A stretch of 64,000 bases of DNA from Acidobacteriota bacterium. Its GTDB lineage: Bacteria; Acidobacteriota; UBA890; WLXD01. Below the pieces are notes generated by a model. That model worked only from the letters and a program-made list of their open reading frames with translations, was not told the DNA's origin and ran no database searches. The stretch covers positions 4,864,001 through 4,928,000 of the forward strand of contig CBDFKD010000002.1 in assembly GCA_965248695.1 (NCBI GenBank), given 5' to 3'. Every line of letters starts with the position of its first letter. Within the stretch, counting starts at the first letter, position 1. Position numbers and translations under genes: made by a program. Positions 8,785-19,275 of this stretch are shown here, one piece after another.

Positions 8785-10257
8785 ATGCGCCGAAACGTTC
8801 CCCACGAAGAACGACGACCATGGCGCCAGCTGCGGCGCCTGGCCGTAGTCCTGTCGATCTCTCTCGGGTTCCTGCTGGTCCCGGTCGCCGACGCGCTGTC
8901 GCAGCTGGAGGTCATTGCCGAGCAGGCAGACCTCGCGTCGGCAGAGCAACGGATCGACGCCGGCCAGCTTCCCACCGAATCGGACATTCTCGAGCTCGGC
9001 ACGCTGCAGGGCGTGCCGATCAGCATCAACTTCGTCGATACAGACATCCGAGACGTGGCGCGGTTCTTCTCCAATCTCACCGGCCTCAACGTAGTCGTCG
9101 ATCCCGACGTGCAGGGCCCGGTTACGGTCAGCTTCTTCGATGTCGCCTGGGACACGGCGTTCAACGCCATCCTGCGCTCGCATCGTCTCGGCTTCAATGT
9201 CGAGGAGAACATCGTCCGCGTTTCGTCCCTTGGCCGGTTGGCCGACGAAGCCGAGGACCGCGCACGGCTCGCCAACCAGGCAGAGCTGGCATCCCCCCTC
9301 CAAGTGCACACCAAGCGCTTGTCCTATGCCACCGGCGCCAACCTCGTTCCCATCGTCGAGGCGCAGCTGTCGCAGCGCGGCGAGGTCATCGTGGACGTCC
9401 GTACTAATACCTTGATCATCAAGGACACGGCTGAATCGATCGCAGCCGTGCTCGACCTGGTGGGCACCCTCGACGTCGCGGCACCGCAGGTGCTGATCGA
9501 ATCCCGAATAGTAGAAACCACCAAGGAATTCGGTCGCGAGCTGGGGATCCAGTGGGGCTTCAGCGGCGTCGCCGACGCTCAGCACGGCAACACGACCGGG
9601 CTCGTGTTCCCCAACAATCTCGGGATTCAAGGGCTCAACAACCCGCTCACCGCTACCCAGCAGGTCGGAACGGGCGGAGTGCCCTTCGCGGTGAATCTGC
9701 CGGCGCAGAACGCCACCAGCGGTGTTGCGCTGACGATGGGGAACATCCTCGACACCTTCCGGCTCGACGTGGCGCTCTCGGCCATGGAAGAAGAGGGCCG
9801 CGGCAAGATCATCTCGTCACCGAAGGTCACCGCACAGGACAACATCCGCGCCTCGATCGAGAGCGGTCGCCGCATTCCAGTTCAGACGCTGATCGACAAC
9901 ACGGCATCGATCACCTTCATCAACGCCAACCTGCAGCTGGAAGTCACGCCGCAGATCACCTCCGAGCAGACCATCATGCTCGACATCGTGGTGGACAAGA
10001 GCGAGCCGGACTTCGGGAACGCGGTTCTCGGGATTCCGACGATCTTCACGCGTCGCGCCGAGACCAAGCTGCTGGTGCGCGACGGCGGTACCACGGTCAT
10101 TGGCGGCATCTTCCAGATGACGTCGACAGAGCAGGAGGCCCGAGTGCCGTTCTTCCATCGGATCCCGCTGCTGGGGTCGCTGTTCAAGAGTCGCAAGACC
10201 GAACAAACCAACAATGAGCTACTGATCTTCATCACGCCCCGGATCCTGGAGCAGTGA
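8785..10257 (+). CDS. pilQ: type IV pilus secretin PilQ (short form, no AMIN domains)
   Basis: ISINFVDTDIRDV, QVLIESRIVE, GGIFQ..RVPFFHRIPLLGSLFK..ELLIFITPRI. Confidence 0.95.
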   Translation: MRRNVPHEERRPWRQLRRLAVVLSISLGFLLVPVADALSQLEVIAEQADLASAEQRIDAGQLPTESDILELGTLQGVPISINFVDTDIRDVARFFSNLTGLNVVVDPDVQGPVTVSFFDVAWDTAFNAILRSHRLGFNVEENIVRVSSLGRLADEAEDRARLANQAELASPLQVHTKRLSYATGANLVPIVEAQLSQRGEVIVDVRTNTLIIKDTAESIAAVLDLVGTLDVAAPQVLIESRIVETTKEFGRELGIQWGFSGVADAQHGNTTGLVFPNNLGIQGLNNPLTATQQVGTGGVPFAVNLPAQNATSGVALTMGNILDTFRLDVALSAMEEEGRGKIISSPKVTAQDNIRASIESGRRIPVQTLIDNTASITFINANLQLEVTPQITSEQTIMLDIVVDKSEPDFGNAVLGIPTIFTRRAETKLLVRDGGTTVIGGIFQMTSTEQEARVPFFHRIPLLGSLFKSRKTEQTNNELLIFITPRILEQ

Positions 10258-10859
10258 CGATGACTCGACAGAGCAGGCGACGGGCGTTCGCCGCCAGCGT
10301 GCTGTGCGGCCTGGTGATGACCCTTTCTGCGTGCGGCACCACCGGTGGCCTGCAGAACACGTCGGCACCGGTCACCTTGATCGTCTCGTCCCTGCTCGCC
10401 AGCAACACGCCGTTCGGCGACATCCTTAGCACCGACGGCACCCTCCCCGTCGACTCGGTCAGCGTCTCCTTGATCGCCCGCATGAAGAACCCGACGGATG
10501 CCACCCAGCCCGCGCTTCAGGACATCCTTCTGGAGCGCTATGAGGTGACCTTCAGTCGCACCGATGGCGGAGCGGCAACGCCGCCGGGGTTCCAGCGGGC
10601 CATGGCGGCCAAGGTCCGCGTGACGCCGCACGGTTCGCCGACGGAGACGATCACCGCCGTCTCGCTGGTGCTCGTACCGTCGACCCACAAGAGCCAGCCG
10701 CCACTGTCCCATCTGATCCTACCGGGATTCGAGCCCGACACCGGCTTCGTAAATATTCAGGCAACCGCCACGGTCCGATTCTTCGGCAAGACCATCGCCG
10801 GCGACGCCGTACAGGCGGAAGCGGCGATTGGTCTCAACTTCGCCGATTTTGCTGACTGA
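10254..10859 (+). CDS. hypothetical lipoprotein, beta-rich
   Basis: lipobox LSAC after a basic/hydrophobic signal; start overlaps the pilQ stop. Confidence 0.7.
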   Translation: MTMTRQSRRRAFAASVLCGLVMTLSACGTTGGLQNTSAPVTLIVSSLLASNTPFGDILSTDGTLPVDSVSVSLIARMKNPTDATQPALQDILLERYEVTFSRTDGGAATPPGFQRAMAAKVRVTPHGSPTETITAVSLVLVPSTHKSQPPLSHLILPGFEPDTGFVNIQATATVRFFGKTIAGDAVQAEAAIGLNFADFAD

Positions 10860-10876
10860 GGAGCTTTGACGACGCC

Positions 10877-12598
10877 ATGAGACGCGCATTCCTGCTCGGT
10901 CGATCACGACCCGTCGTAGTGCTGTCGATCGGTCTCATGGCTCTCGCCGCGTTTTCGTTGGCGTGCAAGACCAACGCCCCGACGGCTCCAACGGCTCCGG
11001 GAGATCTCACCGGTAATACGAACAACACCGCAGGGACGTTCTCCGGCGTGATCACCATCGCCGGCGGCGGCGTCGGCTCCGCCGATGGCCTGAGTGATCT
11101 CGTCATCAATGTGCGCGTGCGCGACGCTAGCGGCAACCCAGTGAACAACGGCACCCCGGTCAACGTCGCTGTCGACATCGGCACCATCCGGGTGTTCGGG
11201 GCGGATCCGGCCACCGCGGCCAGCTCCGTCCGGGCAGCGACGTTCGAGGGCAACGTATCGTTCGCCGTGCGCAGCACGGTTACCGGTTCCGGAACGGTTA
11301 CCGCTTGGATCGCCGATGTCACCTCCGTTCTGGGCGTCACTTTCGACCGTGTGCCCCTGGAGGCGATCGTCGACCTGATCTTCCGTGGAGGCGGTGGCGA
11401 CTCGACCAGCGTCCGCGGCGTAGCACCCACCGATTTCACCCTCGTCGGGAAGGCAAAGGATACTGCCGGCCTCGCGCTTGCCGGTATCGAGGTCGTCTTC
11501 CGCATCATCGAAGACCTGACCGTAGGCGCCGGGCACGGAGCCGCCTTCTTCGGCAGCCCGAATCAGACCTCCACCGACTCTGCCGGCGAAGCCTTCGCCA
11601 GCTTGTTCGTACAGGGTGAGGGGTCCGTCACACTCACGGCCGATGTTCTCGACCCGGTCAGTGGCCGCGTTCTCTTCACGTCGAATCAGGTGACGGCGAT
11701 CGCTACCGCCTCGCAGGAAAATACCGCCCTCACGCTGAGATTCGACGACGGTACGACGTCCAACTCCGCCGCCCCGGATGCCGGCAGCGGAATGACGGTT
11801 ACAGTAACCGATCGGGACTCGGGGTCCGTTCTCAGCGGTCGCCTGGTTCGCTGGGCAATCGTCGAGGACAGCACCATTGCCCGCAGTCTGAGGGCGAACT
11901 TCTCGGACACGACGCCGGGTCGCACGAATACCCTCGGCCAGGCGTTCAACACGCTCTTTGGGCACGAGCCCGACGCGATCATCGTGGTCGAGGCGCAGCT
12001 GCTCGACGACAGCAGCTTCGCCGTGCAAGCGGTCTCGAACCAGATCACGATGCAGATTACCGGCGGGGACCCGTTCGCTAGCTTCGTCTTCTCGCCCGAT
12101 GATCCGATCATCGGCGATGTGGTGACCTTCGATGCGGCCTCGTCCCTGGACCCGGGCGGTTCGATCGTCGAGTACCGTTGGGACTGGGGCGACGGTACGA
12201 GCATCGAGCTCGAGTCCGACTCAACCGCTGAGCACATCTTCACGGTGGCGGGAACCTACACCGTGACGCTGACGATCAGGGACAACCTGGGCGCCATCTC
12301 GGTAGCGACCGACACGGTGACCGTCACCGGTACGGCCCCGGCAGCCAGCTTCGTCTTCTCTCCGAGTAGTCCGACGGCGGGCGCGTCGGTGACCTTCGAC
12401 GCGTCCTCGTCGGTCGATCCGGGCGGTGTGATCGTAGAGTATCGGTGGGACTGGGGCGATGGCACGAGTCCCACCCTCGACAATGATCCGATCAGCGACC
12501 ACGCCTTCGCAGTTGCGGGCAGCTACACGGTGACGCTCAAGATCACCGACAACGTCGGTGCGACCTCGACGACGACACTGACGGTGACCGTCAGCTGA
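10877..12598 (+). CDS. lipoprotein with Ig-like/invasin-like domains and two C-terminal PKD domains
   Basis: lipobox SLAC; two YRWDWGDG...GxYTVTLxIxDNxGA repeats; T/S/G-rich beta modules. Confidence 0.85.
   Translation: MRRAFLLGRSRPVVVLSIGLMALAAFSLACKTNAPTAPTAPGDLTGNTNNTAGTFSGVITIAGGGVGSADGLSDLVINVRVRDASGNPVNNGTPVNVAVDIGTIRVFGADPATAASSVRAATFEGNVSFAVRSTVTGSGTVTAWIADVTSVLGVTFDRVPLEAIVDLIFRGGGGDSTSVRGVAPTDFTLVGKAKDTAGLALAGIEVVFRIIEDLTVGAGHGAAFFGSPNQTSTDSAGEAFASLFVQGEGSVTLTADVLDPVSGRVLFTSNQVTAIATASQENTALTLRFDDGTTSNSAAPDAGSGMTVTVTDRDSGSVLSGRLVRWAIVEDSTIARSLRANFSDTTPGRTNTLGQAFNTLFGHEPDAIIVVEAQLLDDSSFAVQAVSNQITMQITGGDPFASFVFSPDDPIIGDVVTFDAASSLDPGGSIVEYRWDWGDGTSIELESDSTAEHIFTVAGTYTVTLTIRDNLGAISVATDTVTVTGTAPAASFVFSPSSPTAGASVTFDASSSVDPGGVIVEYRWDWGDGTSPTLDNDPISDHAFAVAGSYTVTLKITDNVGATSTTTLTVTVS
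12070..12595 (+). repeat. tandem PKD-domain duplication within the lipoprotein gene
   Basis: two units of about 87 aa (ASFVFSP...VTFDAxSSxDPGGxIVEYRWDWGDGT) that are also similar at DNA level. Confidence 0.85.
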
Positions 12599-12609
12599 CG
12601 CGTACGGAC

Positions 12610-13686
12610 ATGTCGGCTGCGCGCCACCGGCGTCTCCTCGCCCGGCTGGAAGCCGAGGAATTCGCCGCGTTCCTGTGTACCGACCGCGCCAACGTGCGCT
12701 ATCTCACCGGCTTCAGCGGCTCCAACGGATGGCTGTTCGTGGCACCGTCCGCAACGACGCTGCTGACCGACGCCCGTTACCGTGACCAGGCGAACGACGA
12801 GACCGACGAGTGCGATGTTGTCATCGCGACGACTGGTCTCAGCGCTGCCCTGACCGAGCCTCTCAGGAGCGTCAGCGGGCCGGTCGCGTTCGAGTCGACG
12901 GACGTCACGGTGGCGGTGTGGGAGGAGCTCCGCCGTACCCACGAGCACGTCGAATGGAAGAGCTCTGACAATCTGGTGGAGCAGCTTCGGGCACGCAAGG
13001 AGGAGGCGGAGGTGCAAGCCATCCGCAAGGCGCTGGAAATCGCCGAAGCGGCTCTCGAGTCCACCGTGGCGGGCTTGCGTGTAGGAACTTCCGAGATCGG
13101 GCTGGCCGCCGCCCTGGAGCATGCCTGCCGGTCGGGCGGAGCCGAGCGCATGGCCTTCGACACGATCGTCGCTGCCGGTTCTCGTGGCGCACTGCCTCAC
13201 GCTCGCCCCTCCGAGCGGACGCTTCAGGTTGGCGAGCTCTTGGTCGTTGACATGGGCTGCGTGGTAGCGGGCTACGCCAGCGATATCACCCGGGCGGTAT
13301 TTCTGGGCAACCGACTCCCTCCGCCCTGGGACGGCGTACACGAAAGTCTGGAGGCAGCGCGCGCAGCGGCGCTTGCGGCCATGCGATCTGGAGTGCCTGC
13401 TCGGCAGGCGGACGCTGCCGCACGCGAGGCACTCACGGCCCGCGACCTGGGCGACGCGTTCGTCCATTCGCTGGGCCACGGAGTCGGGCTGCATGTGCAC
13501 GAGGCGCCGCGTCTGGCACAGCGGAGCGACGAGACGCTGGCGGCCGGGAACGTGGTAACGGTCGAGCCGGGCGTGTACCTGCCGGGCGAGGGTGGCATGC
13601 GGCTCGAGGACATGGTCCTGGTTACCGAGACCGGCGTAGAAGTCCTGAATCGACTCCCCGCCGCGCCGCTATTCGCGCCGCTGTAG
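12610..13686 (+). CDS. Xaa-Pro aminopeptidase (M24B)
   Basis: YLTGFSGS, GYASDITR, HSLGHGVGLHVHEAP, TVEPGVY, RLEDMV. Confidence 0.94.
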   Translation: MSAARHRRLLARLEAEEFAAFLCTDRANVRYLTGFSGSNGWLFVAPSATTLLTDARYRDQANDETDECDVVIATTGLSAALTEPLRSVSGPVAFESTDVTVAVWEELRRTHEHVEWKSSDNLVEQLRARKEEAEVQAIRKALEIAEAALESTVAGLRVGTSEIGLAAALEHACRSGGAERMAFDTIVAAGSRGALPHARPSERTLQVGELLVVDMGCVVAGYASDITRAVFLGNRLPPPWDGVHESLEAARAAALAAMRSGVPARQADAAAREALTARDLGDAFVHSLGHGVGLHVHEAPRLAQRSDETLAAGNVVTVEPGVYLPGEGGMRLEDMVLVTETGVEVLNRLPAAPLFAPL

Positions 13687-13758
13687 TGGCGGCGTCCGCG
13701 TGTGAACGGGCACCGCACCGGTGGTACCCTGGGGTCCGCTTTTTACCGGAGATAGCCA

Positions 13759-14217
13759 TTGGACACGGATCGGATACAGGAGCTCGTTGACCTGATGGTC
13801 AAGAATGACCTGGCCGAGCTCCAGATCGAGCAGCATGGGGTCAACTTGCGCATCCGACGCCCGGAACCGCACGTCGTCGCGGCTGCCCCGATGGCAACGG
13901 GGGCGGTCATGCTGGCACCCGCAGCAGACGCGACCGACGCTGCCGGTGGCGTCGACGCGGCTCCGGAACACGGCGGCGCACACGTGATTCGGTCACCGAT
14001 GGTTGGGACTCTCTACCTGGCACCGGAGCCGGGGGCCGATTCGTTCGTGCAGGTCGGCGACACTGTCGAAGAAGGGCAGACGCTGTGCATCGTCGAAGCA
14101 ATGAAGCTGATGAACGAGATCACCGCCGATGTTGGCGGGGAGATCGTTGCCGTGTTGCACGAGAACGGGCAGCCGGTCGAGTACGGTCAGGAGATCTTCG
14201 CCGTCCGGCCAGACTGA
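13759..14217 (+). CDS. accB: acetyl-CoA carboxylase biotin carboxyl carrier protein
   Basis: SPMVGT and EAMKLMNEI biotinylation motif. Confidence 0.96.
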   Translation: MDTDRIQELVDLMVKNDLAELQIEQHGVNLRIRRPEPHVVAAAPMATGAVMLAPAADATDAAGGVDAAPEHGGAHVIRSPMVGTLYLAPEPGADSFVQVGDTVEEGQTLCIVEAMKLMNEITADVGGEIVAVLHENGQPVEYGQEIFAVRPD

Positions 14218-14256
14218 TCCAGCCCTGCCCATCTGCGGCGCCGTGGGAATGCTTCG

Positions 14257-15612
14257 ATGATCAGATCCGTCTTGATTGCCAACCGTGGCGAGATCGCGCT
14301 GCGGATTATCTGGGCCTGTCGCGAGCTCGGTATCAGCCCGGCGGCGGTGTATTCGGAGGCCGATCGGGACTCGTTGCACGTGAAGTTCGCCGATGAGGAC
14401 ATCTGTATCGGCCCGGGTCCGGCGTCGGAGTCGTATCTGAACGTCGCCTCGGTGATTGCCGCGGCGGAGGCTCTCCATGTCGATGCCATCCACCCGGGCT
14501 ACGGATTCCTGTCGGAAAACGCGCACTTCGCCGAGGTGTGTGAGACGTGTGGGTTCAAGTTCGTCGGGCCGCGGCCGGAGCACATTCGCCGTATGGGCGA
14601 CAAGGCAGAGGCCAAGCGGCTGATGCTCGAGGCGGGCCTGCCCATGCTGCCCGGCAGCGATGGTCCGGTGGCGGGGCGCGAAGCGGCCCGTGAAATTGCC
14701 GAGGCCATCGGCTATCCGGTGCTTTTCAAGGCGGCCGCGGGCGGTGGAGGTCGCGGCATGCGCATCGTGCTGCGGGCCGAGGACCTGGGGCACGCCTTCC
14801 AGGCGGCTTCGCGGGAGGCCGAGGCGGCGTTTGGCAACGGTGAAATGTACATGGAGAAGTACCTGGCGCGGCCGCGCCACGTGGAGGTCCAGCTGCTGGG
14901 GGACACCCACGGGAACCTCGTGCACCTCGGTGAGCGAGAGTGCAGCGTGCAGCGGAAGTACCAGAAGATCGTGGAGGAGACGCCCACGGCGGCGTTGAGC
15001 CCGGAGCAGCGCGAGACGATCCTCGCCGACGCAATGCGCGGGGCGGCGGCGCTCCAGTACGTGTCTGCCGGGACCATGGAGTTCCTCGTCGACGGCGACG
15101 GCAATCACTACTTCATGGAGATGAATACCCGCATCCAGGTCGAGCATCCGATCACCGAGGCGGTGACGCTCGTGGATTTGGTCAAGGAGCAGATCCGTAT
15201 CGCCGCCGGTCTGCCGATGCAGTACACCCAGGACGACATCGAGTTCCGGGGGCACAGCATGGAATGTCGCATCAACGCCGAGGACCCGGAGACGCTGACA
15301 CCGAGCCCCGGTCAGATCACTGCGTTCAACGTCCCCAAGGGGCCCGGCGTACGCGTTGATACAGCGGCACACGAGGACTACTACGTCTCGCCGTTCTACG
15401 ACTCGATGCTCGCCAAGGTGATCGTCCACGGGCGCGATCGGAGCGAGGCACTGGCACGCATGCGCCGCTGCCTGGAGCTCATGATCGTCGAGGGGATCAA
15501 GACCAACATCCCGCTGTTGCGTCGGGTGCTGGACCATCCTGGATTCATCGCCGGTGACTACGACACCCATCTCATCGACGAGATTCTGCCCGGGGCCGGG
15601 CCGCAGACCTGA
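14257..15612 (+). CDS. accC: acetyl-CoA carboxylase biotin carboxylase
   Basis: [35 protein letters not shown]. Confidence 0.96.
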   Translation: MIRSVLIANRGEIALRIIWACRELGISPAAVYSEADRDSLHVKFADEDICIGPGPASESYLNVASVIAAAEALHVDAIHPGYGFLSENAHFAEVCETCGFKFVGPRPEHIRRMGDKAEAKRLMLEAGLPMLPGSDGPVAGREAAREIAEAIGYPVLFKAAAGGGGRGMRIVLRAEDLGHAFQAASREAEAAFGNGEMYMEKYLARPRHVEVQLLGDTHGNLVHLGERECSVQRKYQKIVEETPTAALSPEQRETILADAMRGAAALQYVSAGTMEFLVDGDGNHYFMEMNTRIQVEHPITEAVTLVDLVKEQIRIAAGLPMQYTQDDIEFRGHSMECRINAEDPETLTPSPGQITAFNVPKGPGVRVDTAAHEDYYVSPFYDSMLAKVIVHGRDRSEALARMRRCLELMIVEGIKTNIPLLRRVLDHPGFIAGDYDTHLIDEILPGAGPQT

Positions 15613-15618
15613 ACGGCG

Positions 15619-16329
15619 ATGCCGCTGCCCTGGAATCCGCCGCGTGTTCCGCCGGTGCTGCCGATCTTCGATCCTGCCATCGCGCGCTGGCCGCTGTCTC
15701 CGACCCTGGAGGCCCTCGCCGAGGCCGGCGCTGAGTGGGTGCAGTACCGCGACAAGCGCGCTTCCGAGGCGGAGTTCTTCGCCGCTTCCCAGGAGGCGGA
15801 ACGACTGTGTCACTCGCTCGGCATGTACCTGATCCTCAACGACCGCGTCGTGGTCGCGGCAGCGCTCATGGGCGTCGGCGCGCATGTCGGGCAGTCCGAC
15901 ATGACGGTCGAAAAGGCTCGCCGGCTCTTGCCCGACGAGTGTCTTGGTCTGTCGACCGATTCCGACGATGAGTTGCGGGCAGGCAACCGGTCAGCGGCCG
16001 ACTATCTGGCGGTCGGCCCGATCTTCGCCACTGGCAGCAAGACGGACGCCGGGGAGGCCGTCGGTCTGCCGTACCTACGCTCCGCGCGTCGACTGACCGA
16101 TCGACCGCTGCTGGCGATCGGTGGAATCGATGCGGCGAACGCCGAAGAGGCCGTTGCTGCCGGCGCCGACTGCGTCGCGGTACTGTCGGCGGCGGTCGCG
16201 GTAGAGGACCCGGTGACCGCGCTGCGCGCCATCCTGTCGGGCGCTGCCCGGGGTCTGCGCGATCGCCTCGACGCCACCGACGGCGGACGTGCAGCGGGCA
16301 CCGTTGGCTCCGGACCGTCGGCCGACTAA
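15619..16329 (+). CDS. thiE: thiamine-phosphate synthase
   Basis: VQYRDK, LNDR, HVGQSD, GPIFATGSK, AIGGI. Confidence 0.88.
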   Translation: MPLPWNPPRVPPVLPIFDPAIARWPLSPTLEALAEAGAEWVQYRDKRASEAEFFAASQEAERLCHSLGMYLILNDRVVVAAALMGVGAHVGQSDMTVEKARRLLPDECLGLSTDSDDELRAGNRSAADYLAVGPIFATGSKTDAGEAVGLPYLRSARRLTDRPLLAIGGIDAANAEEAVAAGADCVAVLSAAVAVEDPVTALRAILSGAARGLRDRLDATDGGRAAGTVGSGPSAD

Positions 16330-17486
16330 CCCTCGAGCGGTCGTAGAATCGAGCGCGCGATGATGTGGCGCTGGATCTCGCTGGTGCCGTCCCAGATGCG
16401 GTCCAGGCGCGCGTCGCGCCAGAAGCGCTCGATCGGCATCTCCTTCATGACGCCCATGCCGCCGTAGATCTGCACCGCGTGGTCGGTGACCATGGCCAGC
16501 ATCTCGCTGGCGTAGAGCTTGGACATCGCTGCGTCCTGCGAGGTCATGGTGCCCTGGGTGCACTTCCAGGCCGCCTTGAGCGTCAGTAGGTCGGCGGCCT
16601 CGATCTGGGCCGCCATGTCGGCGATCTTGAAGCCCGTTCCCTGGAACTGACCGATGGGCTTGCCGAACTGCGTCCGCGTTGCAGCCCACTCGGACGCCAT
16701 CTCGAACACTCGCTTCGCTCTGCCGACGCATAGGGCGCCCATCGATAGCCGCGCCGGCTCCAGCCATACGCCCGCGAGCTTGAACCCCTCGCCGGGCGCA
16801 CCCAGCATTTGGCTTCCCGGGACCCGGCAGTCATCGAAGAACAGCTCCGCATGATCGTAGCCGCGGTGCGAGACACAACTGCCGCCATAGCCCCAGGTGA
16901 ATCCGGACGTCCCCTTGTCGACCAGAAACGTGGAGATCTCGTTGCGCGGCCCGCGGGGCGTCTCGTCTACCCCGGTAACCGCGAACAGGATCACGTAGTC
17001 AGCGCGCATCCCGAAGCTGATATAGATCTTCGAGCCATTGATGACGTAGTCGTCGCCGTCCTTGGTCGCGGTAGTCTGCATGCCGCGAAGATCCGACCCG
17101 GCGGCCGGCTCGGTCATCGCCAGGCAATCGAGACGCTCACCGCGCACGGTGGGTTTCAGGTAGGTCTCGATCTGCTCGTCGGTGCCCGCCTGCAAGATGT
17201 TGCTTGGTCGATGGACGATGTACTGCAGCGCATAGGAGGCCCACCCGAGCTCGCGCTCCAGCAGCGTAAAGGACAGTGGGTCGAGCCCGCCACCGCCGTG
17301 TTTCTCGGGAATGTCGGCGGCGTACAGCCCCTGCTCGATCGCCCGCTGCTTGATCTGGTCATACAGCTCGTCAGGTACCGCATCTTGCTCTTCGACGAGG
17401 TCCTCGTGCGGCAGCAATTCGCGCTGCACGAACTCACGTGTTGCCTCGATGATCAGCTCTTGTTCGTCAGTCAGTGTGAAGTCCAT
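16326..17486 (-). CDS. acyl-CoA dehydrogenase
   Basis: AMTEPAAGSD, INGSKIYIS, RTQFGKPIGQFQ, QIYGGMG, IWDGTSEIQR. Confidence 0.94.
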   Translation of the reverse strand: MDFTLTDEQELIIEATREFVQRELLPHEDLVEEQDAVPDELYDQIKQRAIEQGLYAADIPEKHGGGGLDPLSFTLLERELGWASYALQYIVHRPSNILQAGTDEQIETYLKPTVRGERLDCLAMTEPAAGSDLRGMQTTATKDGDDYVINGSKIYISFGMRADYVILFAVTGVDETPRGPRNEISTFLVDKGTSGFTWGYGGSCVSHRGYDHAELFFDDCRVPGSQMLGAPGEGFKLAGVWLEPARLSMGALCVGRAKRVFEMASEWAATRTQFGKPIGQFQGTGFKIADMAAQIEAADLLTLKAAWKCTQGTMTSQDAAMSKLYASEMLAMVTDHAVQIYGGMGVMKEMPIERFWRDARLDRIWDGTSEIQRHIIARSILRPLEG

Positions 17487-17659
17487 GTGGCCTCTTTCGC
17501 GTCGAACCGTCCCTTGCCCGGGCTGCTAGCGGCAGGATAGCCGATGGACCGGCGGGGGAGGTGCCGAACCGGCGGTGGCCGTTCGTGATCCGGACCTCGC
17601 GACTCGCGCGGCCGCAATCGATCGGTGCCTCGCAGCGATTGATGTCGACTGGCTCTGTA

Positions 17660-17665
17660 TATAAT
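17660..17665 (+). promoter_or_regulatory. TATAAT -10 box 8 nt before the NSS transporter ATG (probable leaderless or near-leaderless mRNA)
   Basis: perfect TATAAT in a GC-rich context; no SD before ATG 17674. Confidence 0.55.
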
Positions 17666-17673
17666 CGCTCGCC

Positions 17674-19149
17674 ATGAAGGCACCTGAGCAGTTCACCTCG
17701 CGGTTCGGCCTGCTGGTAGCCGCCATCGGCATGGCGGTCGGCACGGGCAATATCTGGCGCTTCCCCCGCGTCGCGGCGCTGAACGGCGGCGGCGAGTTCC
17801 TCATTCCATGGCTGTTGTTCCTGCTGCTGTGGTCGATCCCTCTGCTGATGGTCGAGTCGGCGATGGGTCGGCAGGCGCAGAAGGGGACGATCGGTGCGTT
17901 CGGCCGGCTGGTGGGACGCAACGCCACTTGGCTGGGCAGCTTCATCGGCTTCTGTTCGATGGCGATCATGTGCTACTACGCCGTGGTCGCCGGGTGGTGT
18001 TTCAAGTATCTGTACGGCGCGCTCACCGGCAGCGTGATGCGCCAGGGCGGTAGTGCGTACTGGGAGGCGTTTCAGGCATCGCCGGTCGAGGCGATCCTGT
18101 TCCAGCTCATCGCCATCGGCTGTGCCGGAGCCGTCGTGTACCGGGGTGTGGTGGCCGGCATCGAGCGCGCTTGCAAGGTGATGATCCCGCTGCTGTTCCT
18201 GCTCTTGCTCGGCGGCGCGGTCCGCGCGATGACGCTGCCCGGGGCGAGCGGTGGCCTGAACTTTCTGTTCAACCCCGACTTCAGCGCGCTGCTCGACTAC
18301 CGGATCTGGCTCGAAGGCCTGACGCAGTCGGCATGGTCGACCGGGGCGGGGTACGGCTTGCTGCTCACGTACTCCATTTACACCAGCCATCGCGACGACA
18401 TCGTGATGAACTCCCTGACCATCGGCTTCGGCAACAACGCCGCCTCGCTGCTGGCCGGAATCATGGTGATCTGTTCGGTGTTTGCACTGGCGCCCGCCGA
18501 CCCGAGCAATCCGCCCGCCGAGGAGCTGCTGCAGCTCGGAGGACCGGGCAACACGGCGTTGAGCTTCCTGTGGATCCCGGAGCTGTTTCAGCAGATGCCG
18601 TTCGGACAGGTCTCGCTGGCGCTTTTCTTCCTGGCGCTGGCGGTGGCGGCGGTGTCGTCGCTGGTGGCCATGATCGAGATGTCGTCGCGACTGTTCGTCG
18701 ATGCCGGTCTCAGCCGCAATCGAGCCGTGATCTTCGTCACCCTGGGTGGATTTCTGTTCGGTCTGCCGTCGGCACTGAGCACGGAGTTCCTGGTCAACCA
18801 GGACAACGTCTGGGGCATTGGCTTGATGGTGTCCGGCTTCCTGTTTGCCGTCGCGGTCAATCGGTATGGCGCGGCGCGTTTCCGGCGCGAGCTCATCAAG
18901 CCGGCACGGAACGACTTGCCGGTCGGCAGATGGTTCGATGTCCTGCTGCGCTGGGTAGTGCCGGCGCAGTTCCTGATCCTGATCTCCTGGTGGTTGTACC
19001 AGGCAGCGGTCAGCGAGCCGGAATGGTGGAATCCGATCTCCTCGTTCAGCCTCGGAACCTGCTTGTTGCAATGGGGGGTGGTGTTTGCGGTCTTCTGGCT
19101 GCTGAATGATCGCATCGCCGCCGCGACGTTGGATCCTGAAGAACCCTAG
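17674..19149 (+). CDS. sodium-dependent transporter, NSS (SLC6-like) family
   Basis: GMAVGTGNIWRFP, GGGEF; about 12 TM segments. Confidence 0.95.
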   Translation: MKAPEQFTSRFGLLVAAIGMAVGTGNIWRFPRVAALNGGGEFLIPWLLFLLLWSIPLLMVESAMGRQAQKGTIGAFGRLVGRNATWLGSFIGFCSMAIMCYYAVVAGWCFKYLYGALTGSVMRQGGSAYWEAFQASPVEAILFQLIAIGCAGAVVYRGVVAGIERACKVMIPLLFLLLLGGAVRAMTLPGASGGLNFLFNPDFSALLDYRIWLEGLTQSAWSTGAGYGLLLTYSIYTSHRDDIVMNSLTIGFGNNAASLLAGIMVICSVFALAPADPSNPPAEELLQLGGPGNTALSFLWIPELFQQMPFGQVSLALFFLALAVAAVSSLVAMIEMSSRLFVDAGLSRNRAVIFVTLGGFLFGLPSALSTEFLVNQDNVWGIGLMVSGFLFAVAVNRYGAARFRRELIKPARNDLPVGRWFDVLLRWVVPAQFLILISWWLYQAAVSEPEWWNPISSFSLGTCLLQWGVVFAVFWLLNDRIAAATLDPEEP

Positions 19150-19161
19150 CCGCGGAGCTCG

Positions 19162-19275
19162 ATGATGGATGCAGGCGCGATCGTCATGATGCTGTTCGTT
19201 CTGGGCTTCATCTGGGGCGGGTTCGGGCTGCTGCTGTTGCGGTCGATGCGGATCGATCGGGACCGTGGTGACTAG
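19162..19275 (+). CDS. MetS-like NSS transporter small subunit (37 aa), missing from the ORF track
   Basis: MMDAGAIVMMLFVLGFIWGGFGLLLLRSMRIDRDRGD; AIVMM...IWGG pattern, single TM, GGAG RBS, directly after the NSS gene. Confidence 0.8.
   Translation: MMDAGAIVMMLFVLGFIWGGFGLLLLRSMRIDRDRGD

Noticed and set aside
13687-13758. No efp between the Xaa-Pro peptidase and accB
   Set aside because: No remnant is visible; simple gene-order variation is a sufficient explanation
17514-17529. CTAGCAGCCC on the minus strand as another element end
   Set aside because: Only about 9/10 bases match CTAGCAGGCC, which is within chance
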